From: Mesotaenium endlicherianum
Taxonomy: Eukaryota
Length of the DNA: 36,332 nt
Direction: 5' to 3'
Assembly: GCA_009602735.1 (NCBI GenBank)
Contig: WELA01000401.1
Coordinates: 1-36,332, forward strand
Shown here: positions 1 through 11,073 of the stretch, piece after piece
How the letters are laid out: each line of letters begins with the position of its first letter
Position numbering within the stretch: position 1 is the first letter of the stretch
Notes under the pieces: model-generated
Databases searched by the model: none
The model's input: the letters and a program-made list of their open reading frames with translations, nothing else
Told to the model about the DNA's origin: nothing
Position numbers and translations under genes: made by a program

Positions 1-77
1 TAAACCCTAAACCCTAAACCCTAAACCCTAAACCCTAAACCCTAAACCCTAAACCCTAAACCCTAAACCCAACCCTA
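1..77 (-). repeat. Plant-type telomere array (TTTAGGG)n, read as TAAACCC on +; chromosome end at left
   Basis: Ten perfect TAAACCC units at 1-70, then a degenerate AACCCTA, then unique sequence. Confidence 0.98.
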
Positions 78-1913
78 GGGCCGAGGTGGTCTGTCATCCC
101 AGCGTTGCTTGACTTGTCATTTGCTGGCGTGGCTCTTGCTTTAGCTCTTCTGCCTATTTGACAGCTGCAAACGTGGCTCTTCCAAACCTTTGTGGGGTCA
201 ACCTCGCAACTAACCTGGTTGGTTAATCCCCACCCATTGTTAAGTGTAGGGTTTGATCGGGTTTAGTTGTGGTCACGACTCACGTGTGACCGACTGAAAT
301 TGCGATCAACGCTGACTTGCAGCTGTTAGCAGGGTTGGTCGGTGAGTTAACCGTTGACTGTCCGTACTTGAGACTCCCCCCACGCGTGCCGCACCGTCAA
401 TAGCCATTAGTCGCGATACTGGGTCCCATTGGCTACGAGTGTCGGCTTCTTGCCCACCCCCATAGATTGCACATCAGTTACGTCAACTTTGATGAAGCCT
501 TGACCTTCATTGCGCGCCAAAGTGATCGACGTCTACCCACTTTTGGGGGCTGGGGTCGTGTTAGATACGTGGATTAGCACGTATTGCGGTAATTAAATCC
601 GGAGGCAATCTTTCATGATAAGGAATCCAGATGTATGCGGATGTATGCTTAATCGAACAAAGAGATATTAGGAGACAATGAAGTCGGGTAGTTGCTGCTC
701 ATGACTAGATTCTCAAATGCAAAATTCAGGGCGTAGCGAGGCCAACGCGTTCATATCAAGTCTAGACAAGCTAAACCGGATTGCTTGTCGTTCTAGATTA
801 CGCATGCAGGCTTAAAAGGGCTCGCCAAGAAGACTACATAGTAAAGAGTGTGTTTGTATGACATTCTGTCTCCCTACATCACACATGCCTCGTTTATATC
901 GCTCCTATAGCTTCTTTTCACGCCTGCGCTCATTTTCGCATCAAAAACCGGGAAAATTTGACGGCTACTAACGATGTGCCGCTGACCTCCGACGACAATT
1001 TGTAAACATTGCGAGATGTGAAAGCACAAGGCCGCACCCTGCGCTCAACTTGCATTCTTGCGAGGAAACTCGAAGATTGAAAGAAGGTTCGACAACTAGC
1101 ACCCCATGCATGCATTGAGTAGCCAGCCAACCGATATGTCGGCTGACACTTGTGTCTAGGGTACGATGCGCGTGAGGCGCGACTAGGCGTGACATCATAG
1201 TACTTGACTTGCTGATGCATGCTGATGTTGAAAGTCCTGTTTTGCGATGCAAGCTTTTTGCATACCGTGCAGCACCGTGCAGCAGCCTGCCAAATTTCTG
1301 CCTTGTGGGCATAAGAAGGCACGACGCGTAGCGGCACATCGACGAGACGACTTGCAATTGACAGCGTGTCAGGCTTAGTCAGGTCTTGACCATTCACCCT
1401 TTCGCACCCAGTCCCTACAGGCTATGAGCTGCTATGAGCCTACGACATTGATTCTTGTAGATTTTTCGAGCATTTTCTGCAAGATACGGGTTGGCTCGTC
1501 ATACGTGTCGAGTAAATGGCAGGCTCTTGGCTGCTCTTGGCAACTGTTGGCAACCCTGGCTCAAGGCTTCGTAGGAAATGCTGAGAGCAACAGGTTGCTC
1601 GTGTGTTCCCTATATTGGGCATTCGTGAAGGAGGTTATCACCAGTTCGAACTTGACATCCAGCCGCTCAAATCAAGATGGGCTAAAGATGGGGGTAAGAC
1701 CGGGCTGAAGGACTCACTATGAGTCAGTGATACCGACCTATAGGCTAAAGTAGGAGTCTAGACGTTTTGTCGTCTTGTCCTCATGACGAGCTGTGGAGCT
1801 CAGGTGGAGCTGAAGCCTGAGAGTAGGATCGACTCGGGTGGGCCTTGGGTCTCGGCCCTCGGGAGCCATGTCGAGCAATGTCGAGCGATGTGAAAACACT
1901 TCAGCGCGGGTAG

Positions 1914-2212
1914 CAGACCCCTGGATTCATAACTTTTTGGGTGTTATTTGCTATTTTGGATGTTATAAAACCCGACTAAAAACAAAAGGATGTCTTTTTA
2001 AATCCATATGACTTTTAGTGGATGTCGCGTAAAATCCCAAAATTCTCAATAATCCCTCTAATACATGTCGTAGGATGTTATTACGCCATTTAAAAAATTT
2101 CTTGCCAAATTTTGTCGGGTGTTCTCGACACCCTGACCGTCGCCCAGAGCAGGCCAGAGGATGTTTCCGAAATTTTCCGAAATCCGCGAATTTTGTCGAA
2201 TCCAGGGGCCTG
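1914..2212. mobile_element. Non-autonomous DNA transposon (MITE), probably hAT-type
   Basis: 15-bp TIRs CAGACCCCTGGATTC (1914-1928) and GAATCCAGGGGCCTG (2198-2212), 14/15 complementary and starting with CAG. Flanks GCGGGTAG and GCGGGGCAG resemble a degenerate 8-bp TSD. AT-rich interior with five GGATGT motifs and no ORF. Confidence 0.7.
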
Positions 2213-2350
2213 GCGGGGCAGGCGTGGGCAGGGCTAAATGCGGTGTAACTTGTACGAGATGCTCGATTCTCGACATGCGCCCCACCAACTAGTAGGACGA
2301 CCTAGGAGCACCATCGAGCAGCACACACCCGGGCCCCACGAGGGATTTGT

Positions 2351-2384
2351 AGTGCCTAGGAGTGCCTAGGAGTGCCTAGGAGTG
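2351..2384. repeat. Short tandem repeat (AGTGCCTAGG)x3+
   Basis: agtgcctagg agtgcctagg agtgcctagg agtg read directly. Confidence 0.9.
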
Positions 2385-2749
2385 TCCACTAAACTTGAGT
2401 TACCACGTAAGTCATGCAGATCCGCAGTGGATTTTGGAGGGACAGGTCGTAGGATCTACTTTTCCTTTGTGTGGTAGGCTGGACTGAACCACCTATTGCT
2501 TGCACCGATAGATACTCGAGTCAGAAACTGTAGGTTGCAATGCTTGGTGTGGTGAGTGAGTAGTGTTCCTGCTCTTAGTGCAGCTCTGGCGTCGTTGCCG
2601 TCTACCGAGAGTGCTCGCGTGCTCCTTCAGCATTGCAGAGAACATAATTGACCCGCAGGGTCCTCCTGGGAAAGTGAGAAGGACGGAGTTCCCTCGGGTA
2701 AACAGCAGGCGTAGGAAGATAGGAGGATCACAGGTTGGAGGGGAAGGTG

Positions 2750-3400
2750 GGGGAGGGGGAGGGGGAGGGGGNNNNNNNNNNNNNNNNNNNNNNNNNNNNN
2801 NNNNNNNNNNNNNNNNNNNNNNNNNNNNNNNNNNNNNNNNNNNNNNNNNNNNNNNNNNNNNNNNNNNNNNNNNNNNNNNNNNNNNNNNNNNNNNNNNNNN
2901 NNNNNNNNNNNNNNNNNNNNNNNNNNNNNNNNNNNNNNNNNNNNNNNNNNNNNNNNNNNNNNNNNNNNNNNNNNNNNNNNNNNNNNNNNNNNNNNNNNNN
3001 NNNNNNNNNNNNNNNNNNNNNNNNNNNNNNNNNNNNNNNNNNNNNNNNNNNNNNNNNNNNNNNNNNNNNNNNNNNNNNNNNNNNNNNNNNNNNNNNNNNN
3101 NNNNNNNNNNNNNNNNNNNNNNNNNNNNNNNNNNNNNNNNNNNNNNNNNNNNNNNNNNNNNNNNNNNNNNNNNNNNNNNNNNNNNNNNNNNNNNNNNNNN
3201 NNNNNNNNNNNNNNNNNNNNNNNNNNNNNNNNNNNNNNNNNNNNNNNNNNNNNNNNNNNNNNNNNNNNNNNNNNNNNNNNNNNNNNNNNNNNNNNNNNNN
3301 NNNNNNNNNNNNNNNNNNNNNNNNNNNNNNNNNNNNNNNNNNNNNNNNNNNNNNNNNNNNNNNNNNNNNNNNNNNNNNGGGAGGGGGAGGGGGAGGGGGC
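2750..3400. other. Assembly gap (N 2772-3378) flanked on both sides by (GGGGGA)n, probably a poly-Gly microsatellite
   Basis: Both flanks are GGGGGA repeats; true gap length unknown. Confidence 0.85.
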
Positions 3401-6400
3401 AAGCGCCCAAGGTTGATGCAAAGAGGTCATGGGATTGCTCACCTTGAGAAGATTAGGTTGCGAGAGCTCAGGTCTGGGGAGGGCCCGAGCATGGGAGAAC
3501 AACTCCAGATGGCTCCTGCAGGCATGCATCGGTTCACAGACATGCGGTCGGTGGTGGCTCCTCATGGAGCTTCGTTTTCCCCCATGAGCACGAAGGCGAG
3601 CGGGGCTCTGATACACCAGAGCTTGACAAGAAGTGCAGCACAGCTGAATGGTGCTTCACTGCGTCAGCAGATGGGCCCTAGTATTGCCGACTACTCTGAT
3701 GTCACCAGCTCGCCATCCCTGCTACGGCGAGGCCTCCCGGCATCTGCGGAGCCCTTTGCGCCGACTTACAAGAGCTGTGGTCACCTTGTCAAGTACGTCC
3801 ATGAGATAGCGGACATCGAAGAGCAGGGGGTGGCTGTGGAGGTGGCCAGGGGTACGACCGGGAGTAGCGAGAAGAGTTCCTGCGACGAGGGGGTCGGGGA
3901 AGGGCGGGACGTGGGTGAGGAGGGGCGGAGGGGGGCATCTCTTCCCTCTGGCGGCCAGGATGTCGGCGAATCTCAGGCAAGCGAGAAAGTGGTGGAGAGC
4001 GTGTCGCTGATCCGGATGGAGTCCGAAACCATCAGATCTGTGGTCAGAGAAATTTCTGTAAGTCTTCGGTCTTCAGAGGTTAGAAGATTGCAAAATGGCG
4101 GTGGCTCAGGAAGCGGGTGTGGAGGTCTTTTCTTGCATGTAATGCAAACATTGCTCAACGGGGCAGGCCTCCCAAGGGATTCGCTTCTTACCTTGAAGTT
4201 TCCTAGAGGAGTTCTGCCCGTCGAAGTACCCCAAGCTGCTTGCATCAGAGCCTGTCTGTGTGGATGCAGAGCAAGCGCGTCAGCCACTCACTTCTTTTGC
4301 CGGCTGCATGACCGCCGGGATGATGCCAGTCGGTGCTTTGACCTAATTGCAGCTCCCTATTTGTGTCTCGTAGGTCCTTCCTACACGCAGCACGGCTGCC
4401 ACAGAGATCCGACAGCCTGCATGCTTGACATAATTGACCACCTTCTCCCTTCCCTCTCTGTCCTCTCGCTGTGGGTGCCTCCAGGCGGAGAAGAGTAGCA
4501 AAACCGTACATGTGGGCGGCAATGCGGCAGTAGGGAGGCAGCAGTTTGGGCCTCAGCAGCAGCACAGGCCTGCTTCGGCATCGGCCCCGCACAGGAAGGA
4601 GCATCCAGCAGAGGAGGAGGAGGCCAACATGTGCGTATGGGCGGAACCCCTGTCTGCTCTCTCGCTGCTCTCGTCTCTGCAGAGCCCGGCCTCAGCTCGG
4701 AGATCAGATGTGTCGCTCGACATCAGCGGGTGCCTGGGGGGGGCTTAACACGCCTGTCGCAGTTGGCAGTGGCAGGCGATGCTTGGTGGCTGCGATCGAT
4801 TCTTACATGGGAGTGGTGGGGGGATGGCAGTGCTTCTGCCCTAGTGCTGGATGGGTGGGGGTGGAGGGAGGAGCTGGGGGGGCGTTGCCAGCCGGCAGAG
4901 CGGGCAGCAAGTCAGTCTCCAGCACTGCTGCTGCTGCGGCTGCTGCCTGCTGCGGCAGCCGAGGGTTGAAAAAAAGTACCGGTGGTGGTGGTGCTGCAGC
5001 AATATCGTGGGCCTGTCAGGAGCCTTACTCTTGACCACGATGTGCGGTCGGGATTCTGAGGCATGCCGTGATTGCTCATTGTCCTGTACATATGTGTGCC
5101 TGACGCATGCAGCTGATGGCTCTCGGGTGTGGGGGGGAAAGGGCGTGGTCCTTCAGGAGGGCGGCAGCGAGCAAGGTGAAGGTGAAGGTGGCGGTGGGGT
5201 TGGCGCCACCTGCAGAGCTGGTGTGCGCTTGTGACAGCTCGTCGGCTGTCTCTTTGACCCCCCTGCCGCAGGCTCTGCCCGCCCCCGCCGCGCGCCCAGG
5301 GGGGGGGGGTACGGCTGCAAGACAGCACCCGCTAGTGCTGGACGTGAAGCGGGAGGAGGAGCCCTCTCACCAGCGGTGGCTCTCCGCTGCCGGGGGGGGG
5401 GTGCTCTCCCCGCCAGGAGGGGCACTTGCGGCAGAGTACAGCAGCAGCGCCAGCATGATGATGAGCATGCAGCAGCAGCCCAGCCCGGGAAAGACAGCGG
5501 GGCCGTACGGAGGGGGGGACGGCGCGGCAGGAGGAGGCGCGGCGGCGGCGGCCGCAGCTGCGGCTGCTTACTTGTCGTCGTCGTCGCTGGCCGTCCTTGG
5601 AGGAGAAGGCCGCCACCACCTGCCAGGCATGTGGGTGTACGTGGGGGGTGGTGACGCTGCCGCCGCTGCCGCTGCTGCAGCGGCAGCTGTGGCGGAGGGG
5701 GCTCCCGGTGGTCTGGCAGCAGCAGCAGCAGCAGTGGGGGTGAGGAAGCAGCAGGCACCCAACGACAGCAGCACAGCCCCCGCCTCCGCCTCCCCGGCAC
5801 CGTCAAGGGGGGCGTGGGGCGCGCGGCCGTTGGGCGAGGAGGAAAGCGAGGGCAAGGGCGTGATCGACGGGCAGCGCATGGCAGAGATGCGGCGCAGCAT
5901 GCTGGCACACTTTGGGCGCGCGGGCGTGCTCCGCCTGCAAGCGCTTGTCCTCAGCCAGGTGTGCGCTCGCTCATTCTCGCTCTCTCATGCGCACGTGCTC
6001 TCCCTCCCTCTCTCCCTCTCTTCCCTCTCTCTCCCCCCCCCCCCCNNNNNNNNNNNNNNNNNNCCCCCCCCCCGTCTTGTCCTCTGTATCTGCCTATCTA
6101 TCTGGGTTGTGGTGGGGGGGCATTGCCCCGTCAACAGGCAGTCCCCGCGCGTGAAGGCACTCGCAGACAAGCACTCCTGTGTCTAGCTTGCATCGGTATG
6201 ATAGACCCACCATCCTTTCAAGATAACCATCGACCTCTCACTAGGACACCAGAGGAGCAGCGAGTGACGCCTGCTGCGCGAGTGCGTGGGGCTGGGAGAT
6301 GCAGGAGGCGACGTACGTGGAGCAGCTGCAGGCGCTGCACAGCGCTGTCAAGGTGCGCTCCCACCCCACCATCCCAGTTCCTGTCCCCCTCCCTCGTGTG

Positions 6401-6580
6401 CCCCCCCCCCNNNNNNNNNNNNNNNNNNNNNNNNNNNNNNNNNNNNNNNNNNNNNNNNNNNNNNNNNNNNNNNNNNNNNNNNNNNNNNNNNNNNNNNNNN
6501 NNNNNNNNNNNNNNNNNNNNNNNNNNNNNNNNNNNNNNNNNNNNNNNNNNNNNNNNNNNNNNNNNNNNNNNNNNNNNNNN

Positions 6581-6626
<46 letters not shown>

Positions 6627-7625
6627 GTTGTCTGTGTGTGTGTGTGTGCGCGTGTCTGTCCATTACTCTCTGGCTGCCTTGTGCCGTTGTTGAGCGTCTC
6701 TCTTACTGGGGGTTGGCGGGGGTGTGCGTCGAGCGTGTGCAGTTCCAGAGGCAGCTGGCTGCAGATGCCCGCAGGAGTGGCGGGGCGCTCGTGGCCGTGC
6801 CCGTGCCCTTGCCTGTGCCTGTGACGGGGGTGGCGCCGACGGCGGAGGTGGCCAATGAGGTACGCTGCTCGCGGCGCTCCATCTCCAGCCACCTGCCGTT
6901 GCACGTTGACTTGCACAGCGCGGCGGGGTCTCCACACGGTGTTGCTCTGAGGGTGGAGCAGGCTCGAGTGGGCACCGTTGCTCCAGGGCGTGGGCGCCGG
7001 TTGGGGTGCAGGGGCTTGTGGGCGGGGGTGCTGAAGGCCAGTCCTGGGTGGCACACACAGATGCATACTTGCACGCAGTTTGAAGGGGGTGCATTTCTCT
7101 GCTCATGTTCCGTCTGCATTCAGCTAACAGCAGCCGCAAGTGGCCGTTGCGGGTGAGTAGGTGTCCTCTGCTGCTGCTGGGCCGATGCTCGTGCACGGTG
7201 GCGCCTCAGCACTGCCACCCCAGGCAGCAGCAGCATCGGCGGCAGCGGCGGCGGCGGCGTTAGCACACGCGAGGGACAGTATCACCGCGGACGCTGCTCT
7301 CTCGGGCAGCCAGCCGAGGCTGGTGTTAGGGGCGGGCACCGGCGTCAGGGGGCAGCAGGCCCCCTCTCACAGCGATCCCTCCGTCGGACTTGAATTAAAA
7401 CTTACCACGCAGCAGGTGCAGCAGCAGCAGCAGCAGCGCAGGCAAGACGACCCTGTCACCGCCGGCTCTCATCACCGGGACGGCGGCGGCAGTGACGCTC
7501 TCCGCCTCGGAGCTCCCTCGCCGCCGCCGCCGCCACGCGCCTTGAAGTCGGAGGGCGGAGTTTGGGCTCCGGAGGCCCCGGTGTCGCCGGCTCGGCCTCA
7601 GCTCTCGCTGTCGCTAGGCCTCTGA
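3379..7625 (+). CDS. Multi-exon putative transcriptional repressor: SPL/NZZ-TIE (SPEAR) motif, ELF3-block-II/DUF863-like helix, C-terminal EAR motifs; 5' end in or before the gap (possibly from ~2640)
   Basis: KRPRLMQRGHGIAHLEKIRLRE at 3401-3466. Exon to 4057 (gtaagt), exon 4485-4630 (gtgcgt), uncertain exons 4770-5220, exon ending 5958 (gtgtgc), then 6305-6352, 6743-6859 and 7161-7625. The last three introns are all phase 0 GT-AG. LELKL at 7389-7403 and terminal LSLSLGL-stop at 7602-7625. Middle exon phases could not be resolved. Confidence 0.75.
6581..6648. repeat. Intronic (TC)n and (TG)n microsatellites next to a gap
   Basis: tctctc run 6581-6624 and tgtgtg run ~6633-6648. Confidence 0.95.
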
Positions 7626-8886
7626 TAGACTGTGTCTCTTTTCTTTCTCTTTTGTTTTTGTAGCGGTGTGAAGTAGCTCCGAGGGGTGTGTGGGATGTTG
7701 TGTGATGTCGTGTAGATAAGAGTGCGGCGACTGAATACGTGCGCTAGGTTGTGTTACTAAGACTAGAGATGTACAAAACAAGTAGGTGGTCATAAGTGTG
7801 CAATCGCAATGTGAAGGGCTATAAATAGGCGTCTAATGCCACAAATAGGTGGGGCTGGTGGAATTTGCAAACGCCGTGAGTGGAAAGAGCACTCGTGTAA
7901 TCAAGGCAGGGGGGAAGGAGATCTTTAGTGTGTGCAAGACTGTAACAAGTTGCACTGGGTCACAAGGGACATCCATTGTGGTAATAAACAAAGTGTGGGA
8001 GAGGAGGGATGCACTCCCAAAACGTTGTGTTTGTGGTTACACCCTGCGTCGTCGTATGAGATGTATGCGGATTGAACAAGAGATGTGCTGACATGGCAGG
8101 TATGCTTGTTCCTGGATGGGCTGGGGTCCACTGTGGACACCCACCCGTGGCGTGTGGCCTACCCGCCTGATTCTAGTCCCACGTGATGTCTTCCATTGTG
8201 TCGTCTGTGTACCCAGATTCTGTATTACGTACAACGAACCTGATCCCTGATTATCTTTGATTTCAATATGCATGCACGGTGACATCCAATATGGTAAAAG
8301 TTCAAAGGAAATGTTCAGCTTCCCCGGTTCTCACTCTAGAGGTTGGAAAGGGAAGATGTGTGAGGGTCTTTGCGCCCTCATACTATACAAGGTTGAAGAC
8401 AAATACAATGTGTATGGAAGAGTATTGGTGTCGAGATTTGGCCTGTGATTCCTGATCCATAGTTAGCGTGAAACACATAGCTTTGGCTTGTATGCATGCC
8501 AAGATAATGTCGGCACAATGTTTATGCAGTGGTAGTTATTTGTGCCGTTGTTTTCGGGTGTTCAGCCTTGCTACAATCAAGTATGTTAGCATCTGTCTGT
8601 GCCACCTTCTCCACAAGTGTTACGACCTTCAAGCGTAGCATTATGATGTTAAGTGCGCATATCGTTGTTGCTGTGCCCGCAACGTGTGTCTAGGTGTATC
8701 TATATCGATGATGTGTATCATACTCAACCCTTAAAGTATCAAGAATTGTAGTGAGCAAAATGGATTGTGTTGGTGTTCATCAAGAGTGAAAAATTGACAC
8801 ATGTTCGAAAATGCGGTGCGAAATATTTTTTGCCTTACTCGTACTTGGTGCTTGAAGACGCCGAGGGCAATCCGCGTCACCGTTAT

Positions 8887-9540
8887 TGTATCTAAAGTTT
8901 AGTTTGCTGAACTTTAGATGATACTCAATATAACGGACTTTAGTCAATTATTAGTATAATGGAATTTCAGTGATATTTAGTGTAATGACTTAGCCAATAG
9001 CAGCAGACCGAGGTTTACTTAGGTCAGCTTGCTGACACATTCTTTGGCAATCAAGTGATTGCTGTACACGGTATTAGTGAACTGCCTAGTTATGCATCTA
9101 AGTGTTACATGTTCGATGATTGGCCAGATGACACCCTTGGGTGGATGGCGATTCGGGATGATGGGAGATGGCCGTGAATTTGGTTAGTCGAGGTCCTCCC
9201 AAGTAGGCGGTGCCATCGCACGTTGAACAGTATACTCATCCATGCTCTCGGGTTCGACATTCGGAAACGAGGCCAACTTTTTATCCAGCTTACTGAGAAA
9301 ATATATGAATCCACGGCTATAAGCCATTACACGAACTGCTTACTGACCTTGCTTATGTATGAGTTCATTGATTGCAAGATTGATGCTCATAACTTGCGCT
9401 TCACTTATGGTGTTACTCTTGCTAGTTGTGTGGTCTTTTGCTGATTAATAAATTAACCAAAAAACACCATAAAGATTACTTGTTGATGTAAATATTTTTT
9501 GCTAATTTTTATTTGCCTATTGGGAAGTCAATTCATTTCG
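8887..9540 (+). repeat. Family A LTR of the oldest copy (A0), diverged; left boundary approximate
   Basis: Homologous to the LTR at 10323-11039 (gtcagcttgctgacacattcttt, tatgcatctaagt, accataaagattactt). Ends ATTCATTTCG and is followed by PBS TGGTATCGGAGC at 9542-9553. Confidence 0.8.
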
Positions 9541-9574
9541 ATGGTATCGGAGCTCTCAATACGGTTTTCTTTGT

Positions 9575-10322
9575 ATGATATTCACAAGGTCTCAAACCAA
9601 CAACTCTCAAAACATGGAGGGCCAGGATAATGAGAACATAGAAAATCAGACGGTAAGCCAAGTAGTTGGACCTCGGACCTACGCTGCCGCTGTAGCAGAT
9701 ATTGTAGCTAGAGAAGCCGCAGAAGAAGCGGCAGTTATTGCCAATAGTTATTGCCAGTAGCAGGCTGAGGAAGAACGCATCAAAATAGAAGCTGAACCCT
9801 TAGCAGAAGGGAAGACGATGCAGCACCAGAAAGGAGGCGTGGGGCTGATGCCAGAACGGTGGAGGAACTAGTGGGAGAAAGAGCCAATCTTCAAAATCCA
9901 CCTCCCAATGTTGCTGCTGACGTGCCTCTTGCCCAAATTCGTAGACAGCTGAGTGGAGCAAGAACTGCTAACGCAGCAGCAAGAGGAAATCCCGAAGCTA
10001 TTGCTGAGCGATTCAAAGCTACTACTGCTGCTATGGCTGGATTGCCATCTCAGAATGTCAATTTGGGTGCATTATTTGTTCAAATGCAATCTCAGATGAC
10101 TAGGATGTATTAGATCCAACAAGAGGACATAAGGATTATAATGGCAATGTTGCGTGATGAGGACCAAGAAGGTTCTCACACTACGGGAGGTGGCAGAGTG
10201 CCTAGAAGGCCAACGCCAAAATCTCCTCAAAATTCTGAGCTTGAGGAGAATAAGAAATACTACCTGATCAAATTTCTTGCTCATATTGAGCGGTGGTTGG
10301 AGAACTACCCAAAATTGCAAGA
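9575..10322 (+). pseudogene. gag: Family A gag, 5' part of copy A0 (interrupted by copy A1)
   Basis: MIFTRSQTNNSQNME...[12 protein letters not shown]...[23 protein letters not shown] is homologous to the intact gag at 19280; contains stops and frameshifts. Confidence 0.9.
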
Positions 10323-11039
10323 TGTAATGAATCAGTATATTGGTTGATATAATATTCATTTAACTATAATACTTTATAAATTCAGCCTGTTGAACTTTAA
10401 TTAATATTCAATCTGCTGGACTTTATGAAAATATCAGTTTAATGACTTAGCCGGAAGCAGCAGGCTGAAGTCAACTTAAGTCAGCTTGCTGACACATTCT
10501 TTGACAGCCAGCTGACTTCCGTACTCGGTTGCAGCGAACTGCCTAGATATGCATCTAAGTGTGGTGTGCTAGAAGAATGGCCAGATGACATCCTTAGGAT
10601 GGATGGCGATTCGGGATGATGGGAGATGGCGGTGGATTTGGTTAACCGAGGTCCTACCAACGTGGTTAACTCGCGGGTAGGCGGTGCCATCGCACTGGCC
10701 GTTGAACAGTAAACTCATTCCATGTACATATGCTAGGTATTGCCCTGGATTCGGCATTCGGAAATAAGGCCAACTCTCTTGTATAGCTTACTGAGAGATA
10801 TCTGGATCCAAGGCGAGAAGCCATTGGTATGCACTGTCTTCTAGCCTTGCTTGTGTATGAATTTACTGATTGCATTATTGATGCTAGTTTACTTGCATTT
10901 GACTTACGAGTATTGTTCACCGCTAATGTGTTGCCCTCGGCTGTTTAATCAATTGACAGAAAATACCATAAAGATTACTTGCTGATATAAAGATCTTAAT
11001 TGATTGTTAATCGCCTATTTGGTAAGTCAATTCATTTCA
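10323..11039 (+). repeat. Family A LTR (5' LTR of A1)
   Basis: TG...CA with a 10-bp imperfect terminal inverted repeat; followed by PBS TGGTATCGG at 11041. Confidence 0.95.
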
Positions 11040-11073
11040 GTGGTATCGGGGTAGTTATCACAGTCTTCTTTGT

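Noticed and set aside
761..797. Imperfect inverted repeat TCTAGACAAGC...GCTTGTCGTTCTAGA (and GGTCAC/GTGACC at ~272-291)
   Set aside because: Short and imperfect, with no Helitron, terminator or transposon context to support a function.
930..1708. ORFs of 94-155 aa in the subtelomere
   Set aside because: No recognisable motifs, overlapping frames and atypical composition; cannot support coding status.
2493..3616. Long ORFs spanning the N gap (also 5814-7066)
   Set aside because: Open only because Ns and microsatellites hide stops; only the + frame with the SPL motif and the spliced exons are supported.
7816..8091. TATAAAT followed by an 80-codon GTG-start ORF
   Set aside because: Lies in the probable 3' UTR/intergenic region; no motif support.
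10481..10690. 69-aa antisense ORF (MAPPTREL...) recurring in three family A LTRs
   Set aside because: Recurrence is explained by LTR identity; it is disrupted in the older A0 LTR and has no recognisable motif.
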